Assembly: GCA_031414595.1 (NCBI GenBank)
Contig: JANNVX010000108.1
Coordinates: 1-11,915, forward strand
Reading direction: 5' to 3'
DNA from: Deinococcales bacterium
GTDB lineage: Bacteria; Deinococcota; Deinococci; Deinococcales; JAAFIG01
DNA length: 11,915 bases
Positions 1 to 7,872 of the stretch are shown here, piece after piece. The stretch's first letter is position 1; the number at the start of each line of letters is the position of its first letter. Under the pieces are notes generated by a model. It was not told where the DNA came from and did no database searches. It saw only the letters and a program-made list of their open reading frames with translations. A program made the translations under genes and the position numbers.

Positions 1-141
1 TTGCTCCTGAATCGGAAAAGTTGCATAGAACAGTGTTCTGTCCTTAAAGAAGTTCTGCTTGAGTTTTTGCAGTTCAACAATAAAGTATTCGCCATTTAAT
101 CCTTGGCAGTAAATATCGTAAATTGCTTTCCGGTCATTTTC
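1..141. repeat. Perfect 141-bp inverted terminal repeat (partner 11775-11915)
   Basis: The reverse complement of 1-141 matches 11775-11915 base for base. The first mismatch is at 142/11774 (codon GGT vs GGC). Confidence 0.95.
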
Positions 142-306
142 ACCTTTTGGTAATTGCTCAGGGTTCTTAAAACTTAAATCTTTGATTTGGGCAACCTCTG
201 GTAAAATGGAATTCAGAAAATCAATTAAGTGTGGTTTACTGGCTTCTTCGCCAAAGATTTTTTTGAATCCAAAATCTGTAAATGGATTGATGAAGGTCGT
301 GACCAT
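1..306 (-). CDS. Rpn family recombination-promoting nuclease / PD-(D/E)XK putative transposase, 5' part only (102 codons, runs off the window edge)
   Basis: Manual translation from ATG at 306: MVTTFINPFTDFGFKKIFGEEASKPHLIDFLNSILPEVAQIKDLSFKNPEQLPKGENDRKAIYDIYCQGLNGEYFIVELQKLKQNFFKDRTLFYATFPIQEQ. The N-terminal 'NPFTDFGFKKIFG', 'D..(YD)..IVELQ' and 'F..R.LFY' motifs are typical of this family. Confidence 0.9.
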   Translation of the reverse strand, partial: MVTTFINPFTDFGFKKIFGEEASKPHLIDFLNSILPEVAQIKDLSFKNPEQLPKGENDRKAIYDIYCQGLNGEYFIVELQKLKQNFFKDRTLFYATFPIQEQ

Positions 307-312
307 GCCAAA

Positions 313-321
313 ATCGTAGCA
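313..321 (-). promoter_or_regulatory. Extended -10 promoter (TGcTACGAT) 6 nt before the Rpn ATG; leaderless-type
   Basis: The minus strand reads ccTGcTACGATtttggcATG. The paralog at the other end has TGcTACTAT at the equivalent position. Confidence 0.6.
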
Positions 322-462
322 GGGTGATGCTTATTTTCCTAGAGTAAAAACGCTTATTCTGCCTCGAGCGACACATCATATCTGCTGCTCGAATGAAAGC
401 TGTCTACACATCTAGTCTAATTATCAGACCCTTAGCTTGCCCTCGAGTATTCTCTTAGCCTT

Positions 463-1353
463 ATGATAATTGCTGAAACTGGCACACTTAGAATTAAAAC
501 TGGCTTCTCGGAAATGTTCAAGGGCGGGGTGATTATGGATGTGGTCACACCAGACCAAGCCCGTATTGCCGAAGACGCTGGCGCAACGGCGGTTATGGCA
601 CTCGAGCGAGTCCCCGCCGATATTCGCCGTGATGGTGGGGTGGCGCGGATGTCTGACCCTGACATGATTGTGGGGATTATCGAAGCGGTGACAATTCCTG
701 TGATGGCAAAGTGCCGTATTGGGCATTTTGTCGAGGCACAAATTTTGCAAAGCCTTGGGGTGGATTTTATTGATGAATCCGAAGTCCTGACCCCAGCCGA
801 CAATGCTTACCATGTCAATAAACACGATTTCAAAGTGCCTTTTGTTTGTGGTAGCCGCAACCTTGGCGAAGCCCTGCGGCGGATTGGCGAAGGCGCAGCC
901 ATGATTCGCACCAAAGGCGAACCGGGGACTGGCGATGTGGTTGAAGCTGTCACCCATGCCCGTTTAATTGTTGGTGAAATTCGTAAAATTCAAGGCTTAC
1001 GCGAAGATGAACTAATGGCAGCCGCTAGAGATATGGCAGCCCCATATGAATTGGTGCGTTATGTCTGGGCAAATGGCAAACTGCCTGTGCCGAACTTTGC
1101 GGCTGGCGGAATTGCCACCCCTGCCGATGCTGCCCTGATGATGCAGTTAGGTATGGATGGTGTTTTCGTTGGTAGCGGTATTTTCAAAAGCGGCGACCCA
1201 ATTAAACGCGCTCAAGCGATTGTCAAAGCCACGACCCATTACAACGACCCAGACATGCTTGCCCAAGTTAGCCGTAATCTAGGCGAAGCGATGGTTGGCA
1301 TTCAAGTTGTGGCATTAACCCCAGAAGAAAAAATGGCTGTGCGGGGTTGGTGA
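463..1353 (+). CDS. pdxS: Pyridoxal 5'-phosphate synthase lyase subunit
   Basis: Contains the characteristic [47 protein letters not shown] and [29 protein letters not shown] motifs. Lies directly upstream of pdxT. Confidence 0.98.
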   Translation: MIIAETGTLRIKTGFSEMFKGGVIMDVVTPDQARIAEDAGATAVMALERVPADIRRDGGVARMSDPDMIVGIIEAVTIPVMAKCRIGHFVEAQILQSLGVDFIDESEVLTPADNAYHVNKHDFKVPFVCGSRNLGEALRRIGEGAAMIRTKGEPGTGDVVEAVTHARLIVGEIRKIQGLREDELMAAARDMAAPYELVRYVWANGKLPVPNFAAGGIATPADAALMMQLGMDGVFVGSGIFKSGDPIKRAQAIVKATTHYNDPDMLAQVSRNLGEAMVGIQVVALTPEEKMAVRGW

Positions 1354-1359
1354 GGAAGC

Positions 1360-1397
1360 GGGCAAAAGGCAAAGGTTTTTGCTTTCGCCTTTTGCCC
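1360..1397. repeat. Intercistronic inverted repeat built from heptamer units
   Basis: GGGCAAAAGGC (1360-1370) pairs perfectly with GCCTTTTGCCC (1387-1397). The arms consist of GGCAAAA/GGCAAAG and CTTTCGC/CTTTTGC/CCTTTGC units. Confidence 0.75.
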
Positions 1398-1418
1398 TTT
1401 GCCTCCTGAAAGGAAGAT

Positions 1419-1988
1419 ATGAGAATTGGTGTTTTAGCCTTACAGGGTGCGTTTCGTGAACATCGCATTATGCTCGAGAGCCTTGGTTGCACAGTTACAG
1501 AAGTGCGTCTTCCTAAGCATCTCGAGGGCTTAGATGGAATTGTTTTTCCGGGCGGCGAAAGTACCACGATTGGTAAACTGATGGTTCATTACGGGTTTAT
1601 CGAAGCACTGACGGCGTATTACAAGAACGGCGGAGCGATTTTTGCGACCTGTGCTGGGGCAATTTTGCTGGCTTCCGAAATTGTTAGTTCTGAACAACCA
1701 AAGCTGGGTTTGCTCGAGATGCGGGTGAAGCGCAATGCTTTTGGGCGACAAGTGGATAGTTTCCAAACGCCACTAGCCGTAAAAGGGCTGGCGACACCCT
1801 TCCCAGCCCTTTTTATTCGAGCGCCAATTCTCGAGTCAGTCGGTGAGGGCGTGGAGGTATTGGCAGAATTTGAGCATCAGATTGTTTTGGCACGACAAGA
1901 TAGGCTTTTGGTCTCGAGTTTTCATCCCGAATTAACGTCTGACCCGCGTTTGCATCGGTTTTTTCTTAATTCAGTGGTGGGTTCGTAA
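1419..1988 (+). CDS. pdxT: Pyridoxal 5'-phosphate synthase glutaminase subunit
   Basis: Contains IGVLALQGAFREH, PGGESTT, catalytic TCAG, RNAFGRQ, FIRAP and FHPE. An AAGGAAG RBS-like sequence lies upstream. Confidence 0.97.
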   Translation: MRIGVLALQGAFREHRIMLESLGCTVTEVRLPKHLEGLDGIVFPGGESTTIGKLMVHYGFIEALTAYYKNGGAIFATCAGAILLASEIVSSEQPKLGLLEMRVKRNAFGRQVDSFQTPLAVKGLATPFPALFIRAPILESVGEGVEVLAEFEHQIVLARQDRLLVSSFHPELTSDPRLHRFFLNSVVGS

Positions 1989-2007
1989 TTCTTTGTTAAA
2001 CTTGCCT

Positions 2008-2694
2008 ATGCCTTCTCAACTCGAAACGCTGCAAGCCATCGAAAAGCGTTTAGAACAAAGTCTCGGAGCAGTAGGTAAGACTTGGGCTGAAAAAGTCTCG
2101 AGTTTGGAGTCGGTGCTGCCTTTGGTGCTGATTAAGCAGCTTCAAGCCCTGCCGCAACAAAGTGGCGAAGTATTTACCAAAAGTGCCGATTCGTGCCAAA
2201 CCCAATTGGCGCTTTTTGCAAGAAATGCTCATCCGATTGCCCAAGAAGGGGTCTGGACGGAAAGCCAACGCATCGAAGCTCGAGCCAAACAAGATGTTCG
2301 GGTACAGCGCCTTGGAAGCCAAAAAACCACGGTTGCCACAAAATTGGCTTGGTGGTTGCACGACACTCGAGCCGCTATTCCTAAACGAGCTTACGGCATC
2401 AGCCAAACTTGGCGTATTCCCATGACGATTGTGTTGGCGCTAGTCGGTGGTGTTCTTGGTTGGTTCTTGGCTGGTATTGGCGCAGCCGCCTTTGGGGTTC
2501 TGCTTTTGGGTACACTTGGCTTTGTCTTCTGGTCGGAAAATAACTTGGCACGCAGTATGTGGGCGCAAACTCGAGTTCTCGAGATTTTACTAGCAGTTTT
2601 TCGTGGAGCAATTGTGGTAGTTGGTTTTATCTTTGGGTTAGCGGTTGTTGCAATCGCGGCTTGGTTGATTGTTCGGTTCTGGAACGCTCGTTAG
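2008..2694 (+). CDS. Hypothetical membrane protein (soluble N-terminus, about 3 C-terminal TM helices)
   Basis: Long ORF with hydrophobic C-terminal segments. ATG 2008 is preferred over TTG 1993 because TGtTAAACT (1994-2002) sits 5 nt before it. Confidence 0.75.
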   Translation: MPSQLETLQAIEKRLEQSLGAVGKTWAEKVSSLESVLPLVLIKQLQALPQQSGEVFTKSADSCQTQLALFARNAHPIAQEGVWTESQRIEARAKQDVRVQRLGSQKTTVATKLAWWLHDTRAAIPKRAYGISQTWRIPMTIVLALVGGVLGWFLAGIGAAAFGVLLLGTLGFVFWSENNLARSMWAQTRVLEILLAVFRGAIVVVGFIFGLAVVAIAAWLIVRFWNAR

Positions 2695-2743
2695 GCTCGA
2701 GTGCAAGGTGGGGCTACTCTTCGAGTGCAAGATAACCCTAATT

Positions 2744-2773
2744 TTGAATGCCTCAACCGTGATACTTTATACT
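2744..2773 (+). promoter_or_regulatory. Putative sigma70-type promoter for the aminotransferase gene
   Basis: TTGAAT (2744-2749), an 18-nt spacer, then TATACT (2768-2773). An AGGGGG RBS precedes ATG 2823. Confidence 0.5.
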
Positions 2774-2822
2774 ACTCGCTCGAACAGCCAAACCGCTCGA
2801 GTAACCAGATTTAGGGGGATTC

Positions 2823-4040
2823 ATGACACAAACAGCAACACAAATGGTGGACGCTTTCGAGAAAGCACGTAAATACAACCGAGCCGATGAAGCCATCGCT
2901 ATGGGTTTATATCCGTATTTCAAAGCCATTCAAAAACATGGTGGTGGCAGTGTTATCGTCGAGGGCGAAGAATATGTGCTAACTGGCAGCAACGATTACC
3001 TTGGACTAACCCAAGACCCGCGTATCCGTGAAGCCAGTAAAAAAGCAATTGACCAATACGGCACAAGCTGCACCGGCTCGAGGTTCTTAACTGGTACGCT
3101 CGAGATTCACGAAATTTTTGAACGTGAACTTGCCGAATTTGTCGGTAAAGAAGCCACGATTATTTTTGGGGCTGGATTTTTGGCGTGTGCCACCAGTGTG
3201 GTGGCGCTGGCGGCGCGGCATGACTTGGTGTATTTTGACCGCGAAAATCATGCCAGTTTAATAGATGGAGCGCGTTTAAGTTGGGCATGGGATAACTTAA
3301 AACGCTTTAAGCACAACGATGCCGCCGATTTAGAGCGGATGTTGGCTGCCGATGTCGGTAAACCCGGCGGGCGTTTGGTTTACACCGAAGGTGTGTTTAG
3401 CATGTCTGGGCATATTGGTACAGTCGATGAAGTGGCAGCCGTGGCCAAAAAGTATGGCGCTCGAGTCATTTGCGATGATGCCCACGCCCACGGAGTTTTA
3501 GGACCTCGAGGTGAAGGGGCGCATGTTCACTTTGGCATCGAAGACCAAGTGGATTTAGTGGTTGGTACATTTTCTAAGTCGTTTGCTTCAGTCGGTGGTT
3601 TTGTGGCTGGAGACCGTGATATTGTTGACTTTATTAAGCACACGGGTCGTCCATTTATTTTTAATGCGGCATTGCCCGCCCCAAGTGTGGCGGCAGCGCT
3701 CGAGGCACTGCGGATTATGCGTTCAGAACCGCATCACCGCGAGAACATGTGGAAAAACGTCAATTTTATGCGTTCTAACCTCTTAAATCTCGGTTTTGAT
3801 TTACTGGGTTCTAATAGCCCAATTATCCCAGTCATGGCGGGCGACCAAGACATGGCGATTCGTTTTTGGCGCGGGCTTTGGGACGCTAAAATTTTTACCA
3901 CCCCAAGTTTGCCGCCAGCCGTACCAAAAGACCAGTGCATTATTCGCACCAGTTACAACGGCGCTCACACCCAAGAACAACTCGAGAAAGCGCTTCACGC
4001 TTTTGAACATGTGGGACGGGCATTACAAATTATCAAATAA
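2823..4040 (+). CDS. PLP-dependent alpha-oxoamine synthase (aminotransferase class I/II), serine palmitoyltransferase-like
   Basis: Contains GLYPYF, GSNDYLGL, GTSCTGSRFL.GT, NHASLIDG, HND, GVFSM.G, DDAH, GTFSKS (PLP lysine), SPIIP and PPAVP. The YPYF/GSRFL/GTFSKS pattern resembles bacterial Spt more than BioF. Confidence 0.85.
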   Translation: MTQTATQMVDAFEKARKYNRADEAIAMGLYPYFKAIQKHGGGSVIVEGEEYVLTGSNDYLGLTQDPRIREASKKAIDQYGTSCTGSRFLTGTLEIHEIFERELAEFVGKEATIIFGAGFLACATSVVALAARHDLVYFDRENHASLIDGARLSWAWDNLKRFKHNDAADLERMLAADVGKPGGRLVYTEGVFSMSGHIGTVDEVAAVAKKYGARVICDDAHAHGVLGPRGEGAHVHFGIEDQVDLVVGTFSKSFASVGGFVAGDRDIVDFIKHTGRPFIFNAALPAPSVAAALEALRIMRSEPHHRENMWKNVNFMRSNLLNLGFDLLGSNSPIIPVMAGDQDMAIRFWRGLWDAKIFTTPSLPPAVPKDQCIIRTSYNGAHTQEQLEKALHAFEHVGRALQIIK

Positions 4041-4069
4041 AAAAAGCGCGGCAGTTGCCGCGCTTTTTT
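4040..4069. terminator. Bidirectional rho-independent terminator
   Basis: AAAAAA-GCGCGGC-agtt-GCCGCGC-TTTTTT, located between convergent genes. Confidence 0.92.
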
Positions 4070-4074
4070 GCTGT

Positions 4075-5922
4075 CTATCCGACCAAGCGGCGGCGGACGT
4101 TGGCACTGATAAAATCCAGTACATTGACCATTAAGACTACCAAGCCCACCAGAATAATCATTTGGTTGTACTTGCCGCTTCGCATTGTTTCTTGAATTAA
4201 GAACCCCACCCCGCCCGCCCCAACAAAACCAAGAATAATCGAAACCCGGAAATTGATTTCAAAGCGGTACAACGTATACGAGACAAAAAGTGGCAGCACT
4301 TGCGGCAGCACACCCCAACGAATAATGCTTGTGCCGGGCGCTCCAGATGCCTCGAGGGCTTCGATGGGTCCGCGTTCAGCGTTTTCAATGGCTTCGGAAT
4401 ACAACTTGCCTAAATCTGCCATGCTGTGAATGCCCATTGCCAATACCCCAGCCAGTGGTCCCAACCCCACTGCCGAAACAAAGACCAGTGCCAGAATTAG
4501 AGTATCCACGCCACGGTCAAGGTTATAAAAACCGCGCATGAGCGGGTAGACGATTCGTCCCCACCAGCTTTTTTCGGTTAAATTGCGAGCCGCTAAGAAA
4601 CTCGAGGGCAATGCCAGTATTGCTGCCAGAACAGTGCCAATCATGGCGGTGGCAATAGTGATCGTCATGGCTTTTAGCCCTTCAGATAAAATTGCGTTCC
4701 AGTCTGGTGGAACGGCTCTGCGTCCAAAGTCTTCGATAAATGGGAAGCCTTTGATAAAGCGTCCTAAGTCAAATTCCACGGCGTTAAAGCCAAAGCCAAG
4801 AATCGCAATAATCACGCCCAGCAATGCCCCAGATGCCAAGTCCCGTGTTTCAAGGGCAGCCATGCCGCGCCAAAAAAGAGCTGCACCACCAAGCAACATC
4901 AGAATTCCAAACAGTGCCAGTGTACCAAAACCATAAGCGGCTCGAGTTGGAAAAACCCGTCTAGCATTGGCTTCTCCAGCATCTCGCCCAATGCTGTAGC
5001 CTTTGGGCATCTCAAAGGTATTGCTGATTGTGCTTAGTGGCTCGAGGGTGGCAGAAGTTAAGCCGTAATCAATCCGTTGTTTTTGCAAAAATTCGCGTTT
5101 GCTGTACGCATCACGCACCGAGCGCCCAGCTTCACGTTCGGCATTCTGAGCAAATTCAAGGGTTTGTCCGCCCAGACTTTGGCTGTTTTTCGTGACTTCT
5201 TGGGCTTTGATTTTGGCAGCTTCCGCATCGGCAATGGCTTTTTCAGATGCCACCCACTCGGCGTTGATCCGTTGGCGTTCTTTGTTGTTAAATTCTAGGT
5301 CGGCAGTCCAGTCCTTGATTACCAAATTTTCTTGCCCTGGGGTTATCTTAACCACCACACGGTAATAATTGCGAAGTGCATCAAAAGTAATCGGGGCGGC
5401 ACTCGAGAATGTATACAAACCAACCCCGAACATCACCAGAGCAGAAATCACATAGCCATAAATCAGTTGTTTGGTTTTGAGCATCATCCGAGAAACCACC
5501 CAACCGACTGCACCAAAAAAAATTGGAATTAAGGTCTCGAGAACCCACGGTATGCTGCTCACACCAACCACGCTTTGACTCGAATTATAAAATGCCCAAA
5601 GTAGAACCAACACGGTAAAACCAGCCGCCATCCCTGTAATTCCAGTAACTTTGGCGTTGGGTTCTTTAGCAAAAACGGTGACCAGCACTGCCACCGCCAC
5701 AATAAAAATAAGCCAAAATTGTGGTTCGACAAAAGAAAATCCAAATGGTGTAGGCGCAAGCAAATGTCTCGAGTACGCTCCAGTTAATTGCGCCAAAGGA
5801 TGCACAAAAAAGACAATCAACGCCCCAATTGCTCCAGCCACCATTAAACGCCGAGCGCTACCTTGGGCGAACAGGGTTGCCGCACAAAGCAGCACCGCTA
5901 AAATAATATAGGTCAGAATCAT
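4075..5922 (-). CDS. phnE: Phosphate/phosphonate ABC transporter permease PhnE with long N-terminal extension
   Basis: The C-terminal ~230 aa has PhnE motifs: SFLAARNL, ALVFVSAVGLGPLAGVLA, GKLYSEAIE..GPIEALEASGA (EAA loop) and YTLYRFEINFR.S.ILGFVGAGGVG. It has an AGGGGG RBS and lies downstream of phnC. Confidence 0.88.
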   Translation of the reverse strand: MILTYIILAVLLCAATLFAQGSARRLMVAGAIGALIVFFVHPLAQLTGAYSRHLLAPTPFGFSFVEPQFWLIFIVAVAVLVTVFAKEPNAKVTGITGMAAGFTVLVLLWAFYNSSQSVVGVSSIPWVLETLIPIFFGAVGWVVSRMMLKTKQLIYGYVISALVMFGVGLYTFSSAAPITFDALRNYYRVVVKITPGQENLVIKDWTADLEFNNKERQRINAEWVASEKAIADAEAAKIKAQEVTKNSQSLGGQTLEFAQNAEREAGRSVRDAYSKREFLQKQRIDYGLTSATLEPLSTISNTFEMPKGYSIGRDAGEANARRVFPTRAAYGFGTLALFGILMLLGGAALFWRGMAALETRDLASGALLGVIIAILGFGFNAVEFDLGRFIKGFPFIEDFGRRAVPPDWNAILSEGLKAMTITIATAMIGTVLAAILALPSSFLAARNLTEKSWWGRIVYPLMRGFYNLDRGVDTLILALVFVSAVGLGPLAGVLAMGIHSMADLGKLYSEAIENAERGPIEALEASGAPGTSIIRWGVLPQVLPLFVSYTLYRFEINFRVSIILGFVGAGGVGFLIQETMRSGKYNQMIILVGLVVLMVNVLDFISANVRRRLVG

Positions 5923-5947
5923 ATGCCCCCTAACCCTTTAGCCCGGC

Positions 5948-6694
5948 TCATAAATCCGCCACGCTACCCGCGTAAATTCGGTCAACTTCGGCATCGGTTA
6001 ATTGACTGGGTGTGCCATCAAAAATCAGTTTGCCTTTGTTAAAACCTAGAATTCGTTCGGCGTACTCACGGGCAAGCTCGAGAACGTGGATATTGACAAT
6101 CACAGTAATCCCATCCTTGGTAAAACTTTTCAGTAAATCCATAATCACACCGCTTAATTTGGGGTCTATGCTGGCGGTTGGTTCATCTGCCAGCATCAGT
6201 TTGGGTTCTTGCACCAAAGCCCGAGCAATGGCAACCCGTTGTTTTTGTCCACCAGATAAATTACTAGCAGTGGTATAGATTTTTTCCTCGAGTCCGACCC
6301 GTTTTAGGGCTTGTATTGCTAGGGCTTTATCGGCACTCGAGAACAATCCCAGCACCCCTTGTAAACGCCCGTAATAGCCTAAACGCCCTGATAAGACATT
6401 TTCAAAAGCAGTAAGCCGCTCGACCAAATTAAATTGTTGAAAAACAAAACCAATACGGCGGCGTAATTTGCGTAAATCGCGCCCACCTGCAAAGGCAATG
6501 TCCTGGTCTTCGATGAGAATTTTACCAGCACTGGGGTCGTTTAGGCGGTTTAAGCAACGCATAAAAGTGCTTTTGCCCGCCCCTGAAAGTCCAATGATAC
6601 AAACAAATTGTCCATCAGGGATAGTTAAGCTGACATCATCAAGGGCTTTTGTTCCGTCTGGAAAAACTTTAGATAAGTTCTCGACTTTAATCAT
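5948..6694 (-). CDS. phnC: Phosphonate ABC transporter ATP-binding protein
   Basis: Walker A GLSGAGKS, Q-loop FQQFNLV, NVLSGRLG, signature LSGGQKQR, Walker B LADEPTAS and H-loop NIH. Confidence 0.92.
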   Translation of the reverse strand: MIKVENLSKVFPDGTKALDDVSLTIPDGQFVCIIGLSGAGKSTFMRCLNRLNDPSAGKILIEDQDIAFAGGRDLRKLRRRIGFVFQQFNLVERLTAFENVLSGRLGYYGRLQGVLGLFSSADKALAIQALKRVGLEEKIYTTASNLSGGQKQRVAIARALVQEPKLMLADEPTASIDPKLSGVIMDLLKSFTKDGITVIVNIHVLELAREYAERILGFNKGKLIFDGTPSQLTDAEVDRIYAGSVADL

Positions 6695-6727
6695 CTAGCC
6701 TGAGATGATACCAGCTTTAGGGTCTTT

Positions 6728-7258
6728 TTATAAATACATCAATTCTAGGTCTTCACCCGTCTCGAGTTTTTGCTTGGCTAGTTTAGCAAGGGCAATACCA
6801 GAAGGGGCTTGATTCTCGAGATGTTTGGCGTTGGCTGGAATCAGTGCTATAAATTCTTCACGGGTTCTTTTACCAATCGGCACAATGGTTTTGATACTCG
6901 AGCCAACTTGGTAAATGGCACTGTAGACATTGCCGCGCAGGGCATTAAGGCTAACCGCAACCACCCCTGTTTCTTTAGCAGCAATGGCTTCAAGCGTCGG
7001 AACACGTACCACTTGGGCTTGCCATGCTTGAGCCAAACCAAGGGCATAACTGGCAGCCACACGAACCCCAGTATATGAACCGGGTCCTGCACCAATGGCA
7101 ATAATTTCGGCTCGAGGTGCGCCAAATTCGGTTAGATAGTGGCTGATTTTTTCGGCATGAGCGCGCTGGACGTGGTGTATGGCTTCGCGCACTTCTTGAG
7201 GGTCTGTCCAGCCAAGAACCAGGTATGGGGTGCTGGTCTCGAGGGCAAGGATGTTCAT
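6728..7258 (-). CDS. tsaB: tRNA threonylcarbamoyladenosine (t6A) biosynthesis protein TsaB
   Basis: Contains MNILALETST, HAEKI, IAIGAGPGSYTGVRV, VPTLEAIA and A.RGNVY. Short 176-aa form. Confidence 0.92.
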   Translation of the reverse strand: MNILALETSTPYLVLGWTDPQEVREAIHHVQRAHAEKISHYLTEFGAPRAEIIAIGAGPGSYTGVRVAASYALGLAQAWQAQVVRVPTLEAIAAKETGVVAVSLNALRGNVYSAIYQVGSSIKTIVPIGKRTREEFIALIPANAKHLENQAPSGIALAKLAKQKLETGEDLELMYL

Positions 7259-7704
7259 AGACGTTCGATTTTTATTTTGTTGCTCGGTAATTTTAGCCGG
7301 TCTTGTAAATCTTCGACTAAAGTGACAATACTTTGATTAAAAATATTGGTCAAAGGTGGTGGGTTCGGGTCTGAAAGCAGCGTGATAACCACTGTTTTTT
7401 TCTGGTCATTATCGCGGATGTTATCGGCTCTAAAATAGGTTTGGGCAGATTGTCCAGCAACTTTAATCCACAGCGCATTGACGGCTGTACCACTGGAATT
7501 TAATGCCCTAAAAATGAACCCGTGACTGGCAGATTTTTCTCGCATCGAAATAGACATTTGGGTTAAGGTCTCGAGTGAGTCTGTTCCATTAAGGGTAATT
7601 CGGGCGTATGCTCCAGCGTAACTGGGTATTTCCGAGACGATTCTTTCATTTGGAGTACAAGAAATTAAAGTTATACCAACGAAGGCAATCAGGAGTTTCT
7701 TCAT
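7255..7704 (-). CDS. Putative lipoprotein, 149 aa
   Basis: Starts MKKLLIAFVGITLIS-C (signal peptide II/lipobox-like). TAAACT lies 7 nt before ATG 7704. The stop codon overlaps the tsaB start (ATGA). Confidence 0.75.
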   Translation of the reverse strand: MKKLLIAFVGITLISCTPNERIVSEIPSYAGAYARITLNGTDSLETLTQMSISMREKSASHGFIFRALNSSGTAVNALWIKVAGQSAQTYFRADNIRDNDQKKTVVITLLSDPNPPPLTNIFNQSIVTLVEDLQDRLKLPSNKIKIERL

Positions 7705-7742
7705 GGCTGCAAGTTTACCTAAATGTAGATGCTGATTGCACC

Positions 7743-7838
7743 TTAAGTCCATGAGAACTGTCCACAGGCAACCCATGTGAAAAAACCCATCAGCAATCCT
7801 TGTGAAACACCCCTCAGCAGTCCTTGTAAAACACCCAC
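7743..7838 (-). CDS. Candidate leaderless small ORF, 31 aa (MGVLQGLLRGVSQGLLMGFFTWVACGQFSWT)
   Basis: The GTG at 7838 is preceded by TAAAAT (7845-7850) with a 6-nt spacer, the same geometry as several real genes in this window. Stop TAA is at 7743-7745. Confidence 0.3.
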   Translation of the reverse strand: MGVLQGLLRGVSQGLLMGFFTWVACGQFSWT

Positions 7839-7844
7839 AGGCAA
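7762..7844. repeat. Degenerate 24-25 bp tandem repeat, about 3.4 copies
   Basis: CCACAGGCAACCCATGTGAAAAAAC / CCATCAGCAATCCTTGTGAAACAC / CCCTCAGCAGTCCTTGTAAAACAC / CCACAGGCAA. Confidence 0.85.
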
Positions 7845-7860
7845 ATTTTACTTTAAGCAG

Positions 7861-7866
7861 TAGAAT
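7861..7866 (+). promoter_or_regulatory. -10 box (TAGAAT) 6 nt before ATG 7873; leaderless-type
   Basis: TAGAATaaagttATG, with no Shine-Dalgarno sequence. Confidence 0.6.
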
Positions 7867-7872
7867 AAAGTT

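Noticed and set aside
424-957. 177-aa and 123-aa antisense ORFs over pdxS, and similar shadow ORFs across pdxT, the Spt-like gene, phnE, phnC, tsaB, the AAA gene and tetR
   Set aside because: They overlap well-supported genes and have no recognisable motifs.
4075-6694. Complete C-P lyase phosphonate utilisation cluster
   Set aside because: Only phnC and phnE are present, with no phnD or phnG-M in the window.
7758-7766. DnaA-box-like CTGTCCACA / replication origin
   Set aside because: A single 2-mismatch match, with no box cluster and no dnaA or rep gene.
7762-7844. CRISPR array
   Set aside because: The units are contiguous and degenerate, with no unique spacers and no cas genes.
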